Assembly: GCA_964019335.1 (NCBI GenBank)
Contig: OZ025726.1
Location: 1-64,000, forward strand
Direction: 5' to 3'
Origin: Diplonema japonicum
Lineage: Eukaryota; Protista; Euglenozoa: Diplonemea
DNA length: 64,000 nucleotides
Shown here: one piece after another, positions 42,301 through 53,485 of the stretch
Position numbering within the stretch: position 1 is the first letter of the stretch
How the letters are laid out: the number at the start of each line of letters is the position of its first letter
The notes under the pieces: generated by a model
The model's database searches: none
What the model was told of the DNA's origin: nothing
Seen by the model: the letters and a program-made list of their open reading frames with translations, nothing else
Position numbers and translations under genes: made by a program

Positions 42301-43089
42301 TTCTTCAACTTTGGCTCCACTCTCACCACCCTCACCAACTTCGTCCGTCCTCGTGTCCCCCTCTACTTGCGGCTCGTTTTCCAGGCTTTCCTCCCGTTCC
42401 TGTGGCTCCTCCTGTTCCTGTGTTTGCTTGTCGCCATCCACACTTACCTCCTTTTCAGGAAGCAACGGGTTTTGAGAACTTGCAAGTGGCTTGCTTTGAA
42501 CCTGCTGCTCACTTGCGTCACCAAAAGTGTGAGCCATGAGGGAGAAGAACGAGATGAGGATGAAGAAGCCTGCAATGCCAATGGCAAGGTAGAACGAGTC
42601 GAATGAAAGGCAAGGTGTGAGCTGGAAGACCTCTGATTGCACAACGGAGAGGGAGCTCGTGAGGAGGGAAATACGATACGCGGTGCAGGGAAGGAGAGAT
42701 GTGAGGTTGAGGCTAGTGTGTGCCACGTGGTAGCCGTGGGACCCAGTGTACGAGATAGAAGTGGTGTTGGAGGGAAGTGAGGTGTACGCAGAAGAAGTCT
42801 CATTGTCAGGAATAGGGTTGGCAGAGACATAGTCAATGTTGGCAGCAGTGCTGCTCACTAGCACAAGGGGCGAGCCCCCCACACCTTCCATCACCTTGGC
42901 GCTCTCTCCAACATTCTCGATTACTAAATAATTAAACTGCCCTAATCCACTAATCGCAATCACCATGTCCTCCTTCCTGAATGTCCCGTGAAGGCCTCCA
43001 GCCTTCTCGTAGTCGGGCGCACCTATGTAACTTATCTCTGCTGCCTGGGCACATGCCAGCAGGCAGAGTGCTGCTGGAGTGATTTTCAT
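39316..43089 (-). CDS. Large multi-pass membrane protein with signal peptide and central coiled coil
   Basis: 1257-aa ORF with an N-terminal signal, several TM clusters and an E/R/K-rich coiled coil. Confidence 0.8.
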   Translation of the reverse strand: MKITPAALCLLACAQAAEISYIGAPDYEKAGGLHGTFRKEDMVIAISGLGQFNYLVIENVGESAKVMEGVGGSPLVLVSSTAANIDYVSANPIPDNETSSAYTSLPSNTTSISYTGSHGYHVAHTSLNLTSLLPCTAYRISLLTSSLSVVQSEVFQLTPCLSFDSFYLAIGIAGFFILISFFSLMAHTFGDASEQQVQSKPLASSQNPLLPEKEVSVDGDKQTQEQEEPQEREESLENEPQVEGDTRTDEVGEGGESGAKVEETLVQGYDEHGAEEAPSQDGEREKDDAKGGEQEEQEDKVEETTPGDADTTPPVDTDADAASQEMLKEGTESSKQQLISTVKSETFVCNKKKEAVLSRQIMSFGLLVLCNVAAIIWIVPLFSVATLDYFILSADYLIIKLLPLSLILAALGTVPMALLFAFVNTPSYEVDDAEESEDREMEGSDIGEDVAEKSQKSAVEMQEGEKQIEKDPQEDTIVEDVVEDYQEQRTAYGYEGHDRQYLASAVAARLRARQRRAEVSKPHEGWRETPGQPHYGVHSPQSAHAQQYYPFPTPHPPVYPPNVPPPSHAQLPGQYPPDAVHDTREQERQLLRDRVSKSRDKHEQEAKDTNECLRKIQAENELLKEQVSQQKLVQEQRFIEQEKRWENMLQKAQQDMRSQHEIEIERWKIDMEKRNLEMEKARAIERESENKDRRVSEKELAFEREKESFRNDVREREWEREKELSKERENMHKEQIEREKEQLAREKQRMLDAEREERESKIKELEKENESLKRQAVPVPVQVLTTSEKGDNETTPETENDKENLLADEDNDRASRAPTQDILAASAASMPDVSPVTITPVKLTMEGNVDDLPLDFSEQFVEELKDKLLLCDPYVTDLKVTQGSVIATFTAHSRDEITFHGITDIVTLPLINVVIGAFNEAVSPIAWEDVSLADPAASESCVVVEDEITEKENEAAETEEKESTEVKAYKYAVFFAIVLLEVGAVAYFKARDDTLLLGICGSIALVSVGAFLANFTIGGAVLQMGVIGMICHTYGTVDSLSMRSMVLASALTVAYVGYVAAKFKQQILSGILVVVGLAGWDYYTLEGEGYIVGGVGMGMCVAGLAAVYMFSRKPNALGLHGLWYVLVAVALHACTLDVLASFYDITRYHVFVPVWASIVCCGRLHHTYEGTVLPVELSQISVTATLIACEAAMLWCSVHIFATTSSYTHVNGVLILLAEVLFFSCTIALPLVYKLVPSSVPKDGVIPVITDVLLAVI

Positions 43090-44242
43090 TTCACTTTATT
43101 ATTTACTTGTTTGTAGTTTCATCCTTTTCGGTTGTAGCCAAGCAGTGAGCATCAACAAACAAAAGAAAGACTTGTGAAACACAAAAGAAAGAAAGCCACA
43201 TGACAGAGAAAGGAGAAGAGAAAAAAAAAAAAGGAAGAAAAGAGGGGCAAGGGGGTGGTAGGGGGGTAAGAAAGAAGGAGGAAAAAAAAAAATGCGAGGG
43301 GACACGAAGGTCTTTTTTTTTTTTTTCTTCTTTTTTTTTTTTCTCTCCCACCTTTTTTTTTTTTTCTTATTTCTTTTTCTTCTTTCTGATGAAATGAAAG
43401 AAATAAGGGGGAATGGGGAATGGGGCGGGCGAGATAAAATAAAATGAAATAAAAAAAACTAAAAATGCAAACAAGGTCTTGTGTGCATTACTGGAGGACT
43501 TGGGGTGGCAGCGGTAAGGGGTAAATTGAAAATTCTTTTTCTTTTTTCCCCACCACCAACCTTCACTCTCACCGTTTTAGCGTACTTTGGATTTCCTCTC
43601 TGGGGTGGGTGAGAAAGGAAAAAAAAAGCGAACACGTCGGGGCACGAAGAGGCAAGGCACTCAGCAAGTTATGGAACAAGGTCCAAGATAAGATATATAA
43701 ACTGCTTGGTGTGAACAAAAGGTTTCCAAAAGCAGCCATCAAAGATTTAACAAAAAAAAAGAAGAAGACCCCTTCCCCCTCATTTTTTTCTTCCTTTATG
43801 TAGTTCAAGATACTTTTATTATTCGTGTTATCTACGCTCCTTTAAAAGAAGATAGATTGTGCACATAAAGAAGAGAAGAAAGAAAAAAAAGAGAACATAA
43901 TGGTTTTTTTTTTTTTTTCTTTTTAAAAAAAAAAATTCCCCTCCCCCTTTCTTCTTATTCTTCTTCTTCTTCCCCTTCTCCCTTTCAAGGGGAGACTGAA
44001 AAGGGTCAAAAAAAAAAAAAAAGTCAAAACATAATATGGGTAGGAGAGGTGGTAATGTCTATTTGAAAGAAAAAAATTTTTTTTTGATTTTCTTTTTTTT
44101 TTTTTTTTAAATTTCTTTTTTTTATGGAAATGAATTCAATCACTTAGCGGTGATGCGAGTTGTGTGGATGCTGCACTGGGGCTGTCTACATTGAGATGTT
44201 GCTCTGAGCGGATTCTCAGGTCTTCTGCGATTTTTTTTTTTT

Positions 44243-45208
44243 TCAAAAAGAATTTTCCCCCCATCCCTTTGACATACCAGTAATCTTATGAGCAAGCCCA
44301 TTGGCACACCAATCCGGCTGCACCGCAGGGTCATAAAGCGACTGGAAAAGCTTCTTCAACTGCTGATACTCCGGCCTCGCCTTAAACTGCAAACCCTTCG
44401 CGTACGACAAATAAGACGCGAAAATAGGTGGGATGCCTTCACACAACGCACGCGACTGCGTGGCCGCCTTAACGTCACATATCATGTCAAGCCGCACCTT
44501 CTTCTCCTGCTTGGTCCCGACACCCTGCCAAGGAAGCTTGCCCTTCAGGAAGTAAATGAGAATGTACCCAATAGACTCCAAATCGTCACGCCTCCCCTGT
44601 TCGTGCCCTCTGTGGGTGTTGATAGAAACGTAACGTGCAGTCCCGATAAAGGACCTGTCTGTCTTGTAAGGCCCGTGTTTGCCGTCAGGGGTGAGATACG
44701 ACTTGGCAAGCCCGAAGTCAATGATGTACACCTTATGGCGGAATCCCTCGTGGCCGATCACGAAATTGTGCGGTTTGATGTCTCTGTGTAAAAACCCGCA
44801 ATTGTGCACATGCTCGATGCAGTCCATGATGGCCGCACCTATCATAGCGGTGGTGTTAACAGAGAAGGTGCCTGTGCCCTTTTTGATAAGAGCGTCAAGG
44901 GAGGGGCCTAAGAGGTCTATTACCATAACGTTTGCCTTGCTGAGTTGGAGGAGGTCCAAGGCACGGGGTGTCAGTGTGGTGTTGTCGGTGCCCAAGGCGG
45001 TTAGGATCTTGAACTCTGCTTCGAGCTTCTTTGATGCTCTTTCCTCGAATTTCATGCAGACTCTTTTCCCCCCCTTTGCCCTGCCTTCGTAGCAGTCTGC
45101 AAAGGTACCGCTGCCCACCTTGCCCCCCACCTTGTAATCCCCTCCCCATATCACCTCACCCGTCCAGTCCACGGACCTCCGTTTCTTCTTCTTGCTGACC
45201 TTCCCCAT
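44243..45208 (-). CDS. CK1: Casein kinase 1
   Basis: LLGPSL, HRDIKPHNF, DFGLAK, GTARYVSIN, EQGRRDDLES and LPWQG motifs. Confidence 0.96.
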   Translation of the reverse strand: MGKVSKKKKRRSVDWTGEVIWGGDYKVGGKVGSGTFADCYEGRAKGGKRVCMKFEERASKKLEAEFKILTALGTDNTTLTPRALDLLQLSKANVMVIDLLGPSLDALIKKGTGTFSVNTTAMIGAAIMDCIEHVHNCGFLHRDIKPHNFVIGHEGFRHKVYIIDFGLAKSYLTPDGKHGPYKTDRSFIGTARYVSINTHRGHEQGRRDDLESIGYILIYFLKGKLPWQGVGTKQEKKVRLDMICDVKAATQSRALCEGIPPIFASYLSYAKGLQFKARPEYQQLKKLFQSLYDPAVQPDWCANGLAHKITGMSKGWGENSF

Positions 45209-46859
45209 GTCACCGCACAGAAACTTCCTGAGACCTATTTTTCTGTCGTAATCTTTTTTTCTCTTTTTCTTTTTTTTTTTCTTTCTTTTTCCCTCGATTT
45301 TCCCCTGATCTATTTTTTTTTTTTTTTAAGTTGGTGGTGGTGTTGGTGGGAAAGAGGGGGAAAAAACATACTATGAAAATTGAAGTTGGGGTAGAGAGAG
45401 AAAAAAAAAAAAGATAAAGGCGTAAAAAGAAAAAAAAAAGAAGAAAAAAAAAGCTTTGTTATGGGGCGCGGGTAGAGAAAGTGGAGATTGGAAAAAAAAA
45501 AAAAAAAAAAAGGAAAATGAAGAAAAGGGTGCGTGGATAATGAAGAAGAACCAGAAATCAAAAAAAAAAAAGCACACTCCTTGCCCTCTGCCCTCCCCTG
45601 TTTTTTTTTTTTTCCTCTTTTTTTTTTGCTGGAATTTTCTGGTTGGTAGACTTAAAACCACGAACAAAAAGTACAAAAAAAAAGATTTTTATAGGATCGC
45701 ATCTAAGGGGGATAATTAAGCTATTTCACCAATTCCAGAAATATTGCACAACGACAATAACAGAAATAAATTTATTTTTTAAGTAAACAGGTAACCCATG
45801 GACCATTGTCACAATCAGTATATGAACCCCATCACAAGAAGCATAAGATACAATCGCCCATCCGTATTTTTTCGGCCTATAAAGAACTTCTTAGCATCTT
45901 TACTGATGGGGAGGGGAGGGAAACTCCTTTCTTTTTTTTTTTCCCTTCTCACTTTTCGGTTTTTTTTTTTTTTTTTTTTCTTTCCTTCGGGTTATGAATC
46001 ATAAACTGCCATGTTCCAGAAGGTGAAGAGAAGCGGAGTGAGGAGAAAGGCGGAAGTAAAAAAAAAAAAAAAAAAAGGTTCTGGAGTTTTCTTTTTCTTT
46101 CTCATTTCTTTTTTTTTTTTTGATGGTTTCTTTTAAATACTCTTCTTATTCTTCTTTTCTTATTTATAAAAAAAATAAAAATAAAATAAAAAAAGGGGGG
46201 AAAGTAAAGTAAAATAAATAAAAAGCCTACCCCCCCCGTATTTCTTTTTTATAAAAAAAAAACAGTTGTTCTTCCTTGTATTGAGAATAAAATAAAAAAC
46301 CAGATATTTCTTGGGGAAAGGGAAGAGAAGAAAAAAAAAGGGGGGGAGTTGTAAAGTGCGCTGAGTTGGTTTCTTGTTTTTTTTTGTCATTTTTTTCTCC
46401 CCCCCTTTTCTGCTATTCTTGCTGCGTGTTTCTTTTTTTTGGGAGGGAGGGGAAAGCAAAATGTGTAGGACAAACGAAAAAAAAAAAAAAAAAAAAAAGG
46501 AGGGGGAAATGTTGCTATACAGAGGAACCAAGGGTTAAGAAAAGAAGAAGAAAAAAAAAACATGCAGTTTCCGCAGAAAAACTTCGGATGGGCTTAGTGA
46601 GAAAGGGAATAGGTGTACAAAAGGCCGTGTAAGGGGGGGAGGGGCGGGGGAGAATATAATTTAAACAGGCCGTGTCATCATAGAACTTTCCATGGGATCG
46701 AAGCTGTACAAAAAAAAAAAATTTCTTTTTCTCCCCTCATTTCCATACTCATCAGTCGACTCCTCAGGAGGGGGACTCACCAACATTTCCGACACTTCTT
46801 GACTGTCTTCAGGTTGTTGACATTTCAGGTAATTACTATTTTTTTTTTTTTTTTTTTTT

Positions 46860-48408
46860 TTATTTGCCATACTTTACAACTGTCGAGGCGAGGGTGATTT
46901 CATTCGCGGTGAGGGCGTCCTTGCAGTCGAAAAACAAAAGCACGCATGTTGTGTTGTCGCAGTAACCAGTTGTCTTCGCTGCAACATGCTCCACCAGGTC
47001 GTCCGCGATGGTTTGATAACTACACTTGAGGAGCTGCTCTGCATGCTCATAGCTCAGCGGGGTGGGCTCGTCGGTGCTGTGGTGTTGGTATTTTTATTTT
47101 TTTTCTGCCATACACAAGCCCAAGCATGTTCAACGTCTCGCTGTCTTCAGGTGTTGTGGAAGCTATCTCAGCACGGAGTGCGGCCAGCTTGGTGTCCTGC
47201 TCTCCCCGCTTCTTGACGACAAAGTCACAAAGTTCTTGGTTCGTCGCCTTATCGTAAAGCCCGTCGCTCCCCAACATCAGGAACTGATCCTTCCCGTAGC
47301 ACACCTCGTATCTTGCGATGTCAGGCGTCTGGCTTATGAGGTCCCTGCATGGTTTGTTCCCCAGCGCCCTCGTCACGCACAGCACGCCGTTCACCCTGTT
47401 CCGTAGGATGGTCCCTCCACGCTCGATGACCGCGTTCACCTCTTCTTCGTTTTTTACATTTTGGTCAGTGGTCAGTTGTTTTGCTATGTACTCGTCGCCT
47501 TCCTTCCTGCACATCACCGCTCTGCTGTCCCCCACATTCCCGCACCACAGAACCCCGTCCCGTAGTACGCAGGTTAGTGCCGTGCAGCCTGCGTTGATGT
47601 CCTCTTTCACTGACGCTTCATAGAAACTCGCGTCAACCCTCTTGTAGCTATCCCGGATCGCGTCCTCGATGTCTCCCGTGTGAACACCTATTTCGTAAAA
47701 TATACGCTCCACCGAGTACTCTGAGCACTGCTGCCCGCCATGCCCGTCGTACACGCCTACTAGGTAGTCCACATCGAATCTTGTTTGGGTTGTTGTGTTG
47801 TTGCAGTCATACTTCCGGTTTGCTCCGCACATATCAGTCAGCCTCCCCACCCTTATAGATCTATCTTCTTGTGTGGCACATGTTCCCAGTGTCGACGAGT
47901 CGAAGCTCTGGTGTGGGGGGGTTTTTAGGGGGGAGGGGACATTTTTTTCTTCTTCTTACCTGGATCTTCCGTTCTTCTGGTTTATCGATTGCAATTTCTA
48001 AATTACTGCTATCTAGTGTTTTGTTACAGGTGGACGCTGCAAGGTGTCGCGCGACTGATTTGGTCCCACTTTGCAGGAGGTTGGTGGCTATCTGTTTGCA
48101 CAACTCGCCCACTTTTTTATATATTTCGGGGCCTAGAAGCGCGTCTGGACGACCTGTTGTTGTTGTTGTAGTTGTTGTTGCTGCTTTTACGTACCATTTT
48201 GTAGCTGATGCAGCGCCAGTGCTGTGATGCCTGTCAGCAGCGAGTCTTCGTTGAAAGTGTTCATCGTTATAAACTCTGTCTTTGTCGGGTCGACGCTCTT
48301 CCTTCGCGACCCAAGCTGTATGTTACAGTCTTGCTCTGGGACCTTGCATTCAAACAGACCCAACGTTCTCTCCCCAAACAGCCCGCCTTGCTCGACTTTC
48401 AACGTCAT
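46860..48408 (-). CDS. Protein phosphatase 2C (PPM), multi-exon; 5' end uncertain
   Basis: GVYDGHGG, GCTA, NVGDSRAV, VTRALG and LGSDGLYD motifs; spliced last exon contains DNTTCVLLFF. Confidence 0.88.
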
Positions 48409-48529
48409 CTTATACCCACCCCCCTGTGTACCTGTGGGTACAGGGACGGAAAAAAACAAAGCAGGTTCATACAGGTCTAGAATTGCATGAATTTTCAAAA
48501 TTCAAAAAAAAAAAAAAAAAGAGAAAGTT

Positions 48530-49386
48530 CTACAGCTCCTCATCCCCTGCCATGTCTTTGGCATTCTGCAGATATTGCCCAGGGTTCTCGAGCATCCCAC
48601 TGTCCTTCATCTGTTTGTAGGTCTCCTCTGCCTCCTCCTCGTCCATCCCTTCCTTCATGAGCTCACTGATGGCCATGTCTTCCATATCGTCACGGGAGTA
48701 CATCTGAAATGCATCCTCTGGCATGTTGGGGAGCTTCTTCATCTCCGCCATCATCTTCTCAGCTTCGAGTTCCTTATCCGACGCTTCTCTGAAGAGTTCA
48801 GCGTGTAGGGACTTGGAGAGGGATGCAGGCATCTTGCGTTTTTTTTTCTTTTTGGAGGCTTTGCACGGACCGGTCTCGCCAGTCTCACCCCCATCAACGC
48901 AAACGTATTTGATCATTGAAGAGGACGGCTTGCCCTGTGGTATTGTTGCGTAGCTGGAGTATGGCATACCGAGTAAAGCATCCCGGAGAGGTCGCTGTCG
49001 CCCAGTAGTACAGTGCTGCATGCATCTCCAAGTGATCTTATTTTCCTGTTCATCTTCCCTGGCGACCCTGTGTCCTTTAGAGTGAAGACACCATCCTTCT
49101 CTTCGATGTCCAAGTACCGCATCCATCTCCCCTCCAACCTCCTCGGGTCACAGCTCCATTCCAACAGCTCTTGCATGTCGTCCTCACGCAACTTTCTCCC
49201 CTTCTCCTCTTGGTGATACTTCACCACCTCCACAATGTTCCTCACCCCCTCCTTACACACATCGCACGAGATGAACGGCACAATACCCGGCAGGGCCGTA
49301 ACCTTTTTTTTCTTCCTCCCTTCTGCTGACTCCAAGCATGCTACCAAAACCAGACCTGCTAACAAAGCTTTCATGTTCCCTCCCAT
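48530..49386 (-). CDS. Secretory-pathway saposin/Canopy-like protein ending DEEL, 2 or more exons
   Basis: Signal peptide, CDVC...C...C cysteine pattern and an ER-retention-like C-terminus GDEEL. Confidence 0.65.
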
Positions 49387-49641
49387 AATCACTGCAATAG
49401 AAAAAATGAAGATTTCTTTTTGGTGTACACTAGAAAGAAACGCAACTTCAGAAAGAAACCGGGAACTAAACGGTTAAGCTAATGAAGCCCAACATTCTCT
49501 CTTCGGACTAATGGAAAAAAATAACTGTGCTTGGCTAGAAACACAAAAGTAACACTTAAACTCGTAGCACGAGCTGCCGGATCGACAGGATGGGATAAGT
49601 GCTTACTAAACTCAACACCATGGTTAGCGGGTGTTGGCCCA

Positions 49642-50988
49642 TCATTTCCTCCCGTGGCTCCACGGATCCTCGCAGTTCTTGGGAAGCTCGACCTGCGAGA
49701 CACCCCTTGACATGACCACTTTACCAGGAAGGAGCTCCTCTCCAGGGGTGTGGGCTTTCTTTGTGTTAGGCTTCTTGGAGGGGGAATGTCCAGGTGAGCC
49801 AGTCTTGCTGTCTGCCTCCGTTCTCTTCTTCTTCTTCTCAGGTGAACCTTTTCTCCTGAATTCAAAAGAGGCGTGCAACCCCACTTTGTGAGGTTCCTTG
49901 AACTCCACTGGTAGTGGGCAGTCGTCTTCTTCGCAGATCTTCCATGGGTTGCCACTGTCGAGGACCGACTTGGCAAAGGACAAAGCCTCGTCGTACTTCT
50001 GTCTCAGCTGTGGTAGGGGTGCAAGGTTCAAGGTTTGGTTCCTAAGTATACCTGATCTTGGTTCTCACTGGTGTCGTGCAGCTTTTTGTCGCCTCGAGCG
50101 TAGTCGGCCTGTGTGTGTGGTACTGTCTGTTTGCTGGCCACATACCCTCACGAGGAACAAGGTGTCGTCAAGGCCTCGTGTCGTCTTGTCGTGCACGGCA
50201 TCGTGGAGCTTGACAGCATCCTCCACAGAGGCACACTCTGCAAAAAACACACACAGCAACACGCTGGAGTGCGATGTCCTGGACCTTGTGGAGCGGTCGT
50301 CTGCCACCATGAGGATGTTGTCGGAGGACCCTGCAGAGACCATCTCCAAGGTGGACAGCATGCCTGCCCACGTCATCTTCGTCACTGCGTTGCTCCACCC
50401 TGACCTCCTTGCATAGATCCTGATGTGCAGAGTCCTGCAAGGTTTGGTGGGTGTCGGTATGCGCAACTGCTTGGATGCATGGTGCACCTTGATGTACTCG
50501 CCGCCTTCAACAGGCACCTCCAGCGGTCCCTCTTCAGTCATTCGTGTGGTCAAGATCGCGAAGGCATGCACGTGGCGTGACTTCTGTGTTCTGATGACTT
50601 CTAGAGACTGTACTTTCGGTACTCCCCTTGGGGGCAGTTCTGCTGTCAGTGCACTTTTGATGGCTGAGTCGGAGAGGTCTGGTGAGATCCTGTCGATGTA
50701 AATGCACTTCCCGAGTGCCACGTCGTCGCCCTGGTAGGGCGGGGTCTCTTCCATGTGTTCCTGTGTTGGTGTGATGTCGTCCTCCTCCATCTCTTGTGTG
50801 TACTCCAGCGACATGGGCACATAGGGAAGCACCTCACTGATGCTCCGCCCCCCTGGGCCTTCGATCTTCCTCTTCTTGGTAGGGGTCTCTTCCTCAAACG
50901 ACTGGTCCAACGTACGCGTCCTTCTCGGCTGGTCCTCGCTGAGTGCCCTCCGCATGTTCAACGCCCTGTCTGCAAGTTCCTCGCTCAT
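49642..50988 (-). CDS. Hypothetical protein with RRM-like segments, probably spliced
   Basis: ORFs 50065..50988 and 49642..50031; CIYIDRI..HAFAIL and CVFFAEC resemble RNP motifs. Confidence 0.55.
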
Positions 50989-51085
50989 TGTGAATTATGG
51001 GTTGGATTATATAACCTGATGTGAGACATAGAAACGAGAGCCATTGAAGGTTCAAGCCACAGTACTCATATACATAAAGGGGTAG

Positions 51086-51703
51086 CTATGTCAGCAGTGC
51101 TTTGCACTTGACTTCATGCAATCTAAATGGGGATTTATAAGGGGCGGGGCGCACCTGGTGCGTGGCACCACATTTGGAACAAGCTATGTAAGTACTTTTG
51201 CAGAGGGAAAGGGCTTCTTTGTTGTGCTGGGAAAGGTCGGCGGTGAAGGGGGTGAGGGGTGGGGGGTAGAGATATTTTTTAGGAGGAAGGAAGGAGGAGA
51301 GAAGTGCTTGCTTGAGGGACCTTCTGCATGATTTCAGGTGTCTTGGATAGGCTGCGGGGGGAATGGACTTCCCGCAGTAGCAGCACAAGGGGGAGGAGAG
51401 AAACAGCGTTGATTTCCACACTGCCCTGAGCAGGACTGAGGCGCGTGCTTGATCGATGTTCATGGCTGGCTTTGTGGGGGCCTCTTGTGGCACCTCGCTG
51501 TTGTATGAGAAGTCACCCTCATCAGTTGGCCGTTCGCCTTTCATTCTATGCTGCATCACGTGCAGTTTCATGAACTTGAAGCTATTAAACTCCATCCCGC
51601 ACCCATTGTACAGGCAAGCAAACTGCTGCCCCACCACCTCTTCCTCCCCGTCCAGCACCCTTCCTGTCTCTCTGTTTGGTTTTCTGTGTTTGTCTTGCTT
51701 CAT
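51086..51703 (-). CDS. Zinc-finger protein (C2H2 plus C2HC)
   Basis: CLYNGC..F..MKLHVMQH; CCYCG..HLKSC; CSKCG..HEVKC. Confidence 0.75.
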   Translation of the reverse strand: MKQDKHRKPNRETGRVLDGEEEVVGQQFACLYNGCGMEFNSFKFMKLHVMQHRMKGERPTDEGDFSYNSEVPQEAPTKPAMNIDQARASVLLRAVWKSTLFLSSPLCCYCGKSIPPAAYPRHLKSCRRSLKQALLSSFLPPKKYLYPPPLTPFTADLSQHNKEALSLCKSTYIACSKCGATHQVRPAPYKSPFRLHEVKCKALLT

Positions 51704-52188
51704 TCTTTTCTCATTATTTTCTTTTCCTTGTCACCTGTAATGGTATTTCTTTTTTTTTTTTTAAATTTTCTAGTCACTGCCTGTTCATCAAGACCTACGA
51801 AAGAAGAAGAAAAAAAGACATAGGGGGAAAAGAAAAACAAAAAGAAACTGAGTTGGGGGGGGGGGGGGGGGGAAAGGCAACACTTGAAGGATGGGGCTGG
51901 GGGAAAACAGTAAATAAAAGAATCCCAAAAAAAAAAACGAAAAAAAACCCAATTACAAGAAAAAGGAGAAGAAAAAAAGTAGAAACGAGGTAGTATTGTG
52001 TGGAAGAAGGAAAAGAAAAAAAAATTACAGAGGAAAAAAAAAAAGAAAAAAAAAATGATAGTCCCCCCTTTTTTTTTTGTGAGAATTTTTTCCCCTTATC
52101 GTTCCATGTTTTTTTCTTTTTGAAAACACTAAAAAAAAAAGGAGAGAAGAAAAAAAAAAAAAAGCTTTTTTTTTTTTTTTCCTCCACT

Positions 52189-52707
52189 CTAGTAGCAGTT
52201 CTCCTCACCAGCCATGAAACCCCATTTTTCTTCCATCTCGTCGTTGGCCATGTTCACGTACGGCTGGAGGTACGCGACATCATCGGCAGGGTGCAGCCAG
52301 TATTCAATAGGAAGGTGGCCGATACCACCTGAGCCCTCAAGAAGGTGCGAAGTCTGGACACGGCGTTCCCTCCACTCCTTCTGGTCACGGGGCAAGCGCC
52401 TCACAGCGATCCTGACAGCCCACATCCACTCAGAAAACAAATCGTCAGCGTACAGCCCAGTCTGGTCTGCCATCATACTGCCCCTGAAGGTCAGGGTCTC
52501 GAACTTCCTCATCTGGCCTGTGGTGCTCTTCGCTTCAGGGGGCTGCTCGTTCTTGAAGTACACCTCCCACGCCTTCTCCAGGTAGTAGGGGTGGGCGGGG
52601 TCGTACACGGGGAGCGCCAACAGCTGCCTCAGGTCCACCTTGTTCTGCTTCACTGCCTGCAGGTTCTTCGCCATCCTCTCCACCCTCTGCGCAGCAGCAG
52701 CAGCCAT
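52189..52707 (-). CDS. QCR7: Cytochrome bc1 complex subunit 7
   Basis: GLYADDL..AVRRLP..RERRV..HLPIEYW..DVAYLQPYV matches the UQCRB/QCR7 pattern. Confidence 0.85.
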   Translation of the reverse strand: MAAAAAQRVERMAKNLQAVKQNKVDLRQLLALPVYDPAHPYYLEKAWEVYFKNEQPPEAKSTTGQMRKFETLTFRGSMMADQTGLYADDLFSEWMWAVRIAVRRLPRDQKEWRERRVQTSHLLEGSGGIGHLPIEYWLHPADDVAYLQPYVNMANDEMEEKWGFMAGEENCY

Positions 52708-53485
52708 GTTCGATCGGAACGACTGTTGGGAATTTTTTTTTTCTTTTTTTGCTCCGTCTTTCAGCATACCATTGGCACAAAGAAGTGGTAGGCAAGGTTT
52801 GCCAGACCCCCGTTCATGGACGACGACATGTTAAGGCTGTCTTTCCCTCCTTCTTAATTCTTCCTGGACGGGGAATCTTTTTTTTTTTTAATCTCAAGCG
52901 GGTGGGACGTCGACAAAATAATGGGTATAAAAAAAGAAAAAAGCTTGAGGGGGGGGGGGGGGGGGGTTAGTGGCAACAACAGTCACAGTGTCAAAAGAAA
53001 AAGAGGCAGGGGCCAGCAGTCCACGGAAGAAAAACTTGGGAAAAAAGGAGCTTGAGGGGGGGGGGGGGACAAAAAAGAAGGAAAAAAACACAAAGAGAGT
53101 GTGAAAGTAGCAACAGTCAGCAATATCATCTTTCTTTTAAAAAGAATAACTCTGGGGGGTTGTGCAAGTTTTCCGGTGAGGAACAAAAAAAGGGGGATAA
53201 ACTCTGGGATGGGGTAGATTGAGGCGTGTTTCTTTTCTTAACACACAACGTAAGTGGGAGAAGTATATCAATGCAAAAAAAAAATTATTTTTTTTTACTT
53301 TTTGTTTATTTATTTTTGAAATGAGAAAAAAAAAAACAAAAAAGTGGGGAGCAAAAAGGTTCATCTTCTTCCCCCCCCCCCCCCCCCATTCCTTCTTAGG
53401 TGGGATCACATTTTACGAAAACTCAATAGTACAATCCCCCCCCCCCTCCCCCCTCCCTTTTTTATTTTTTTATTTTCTTACCGTC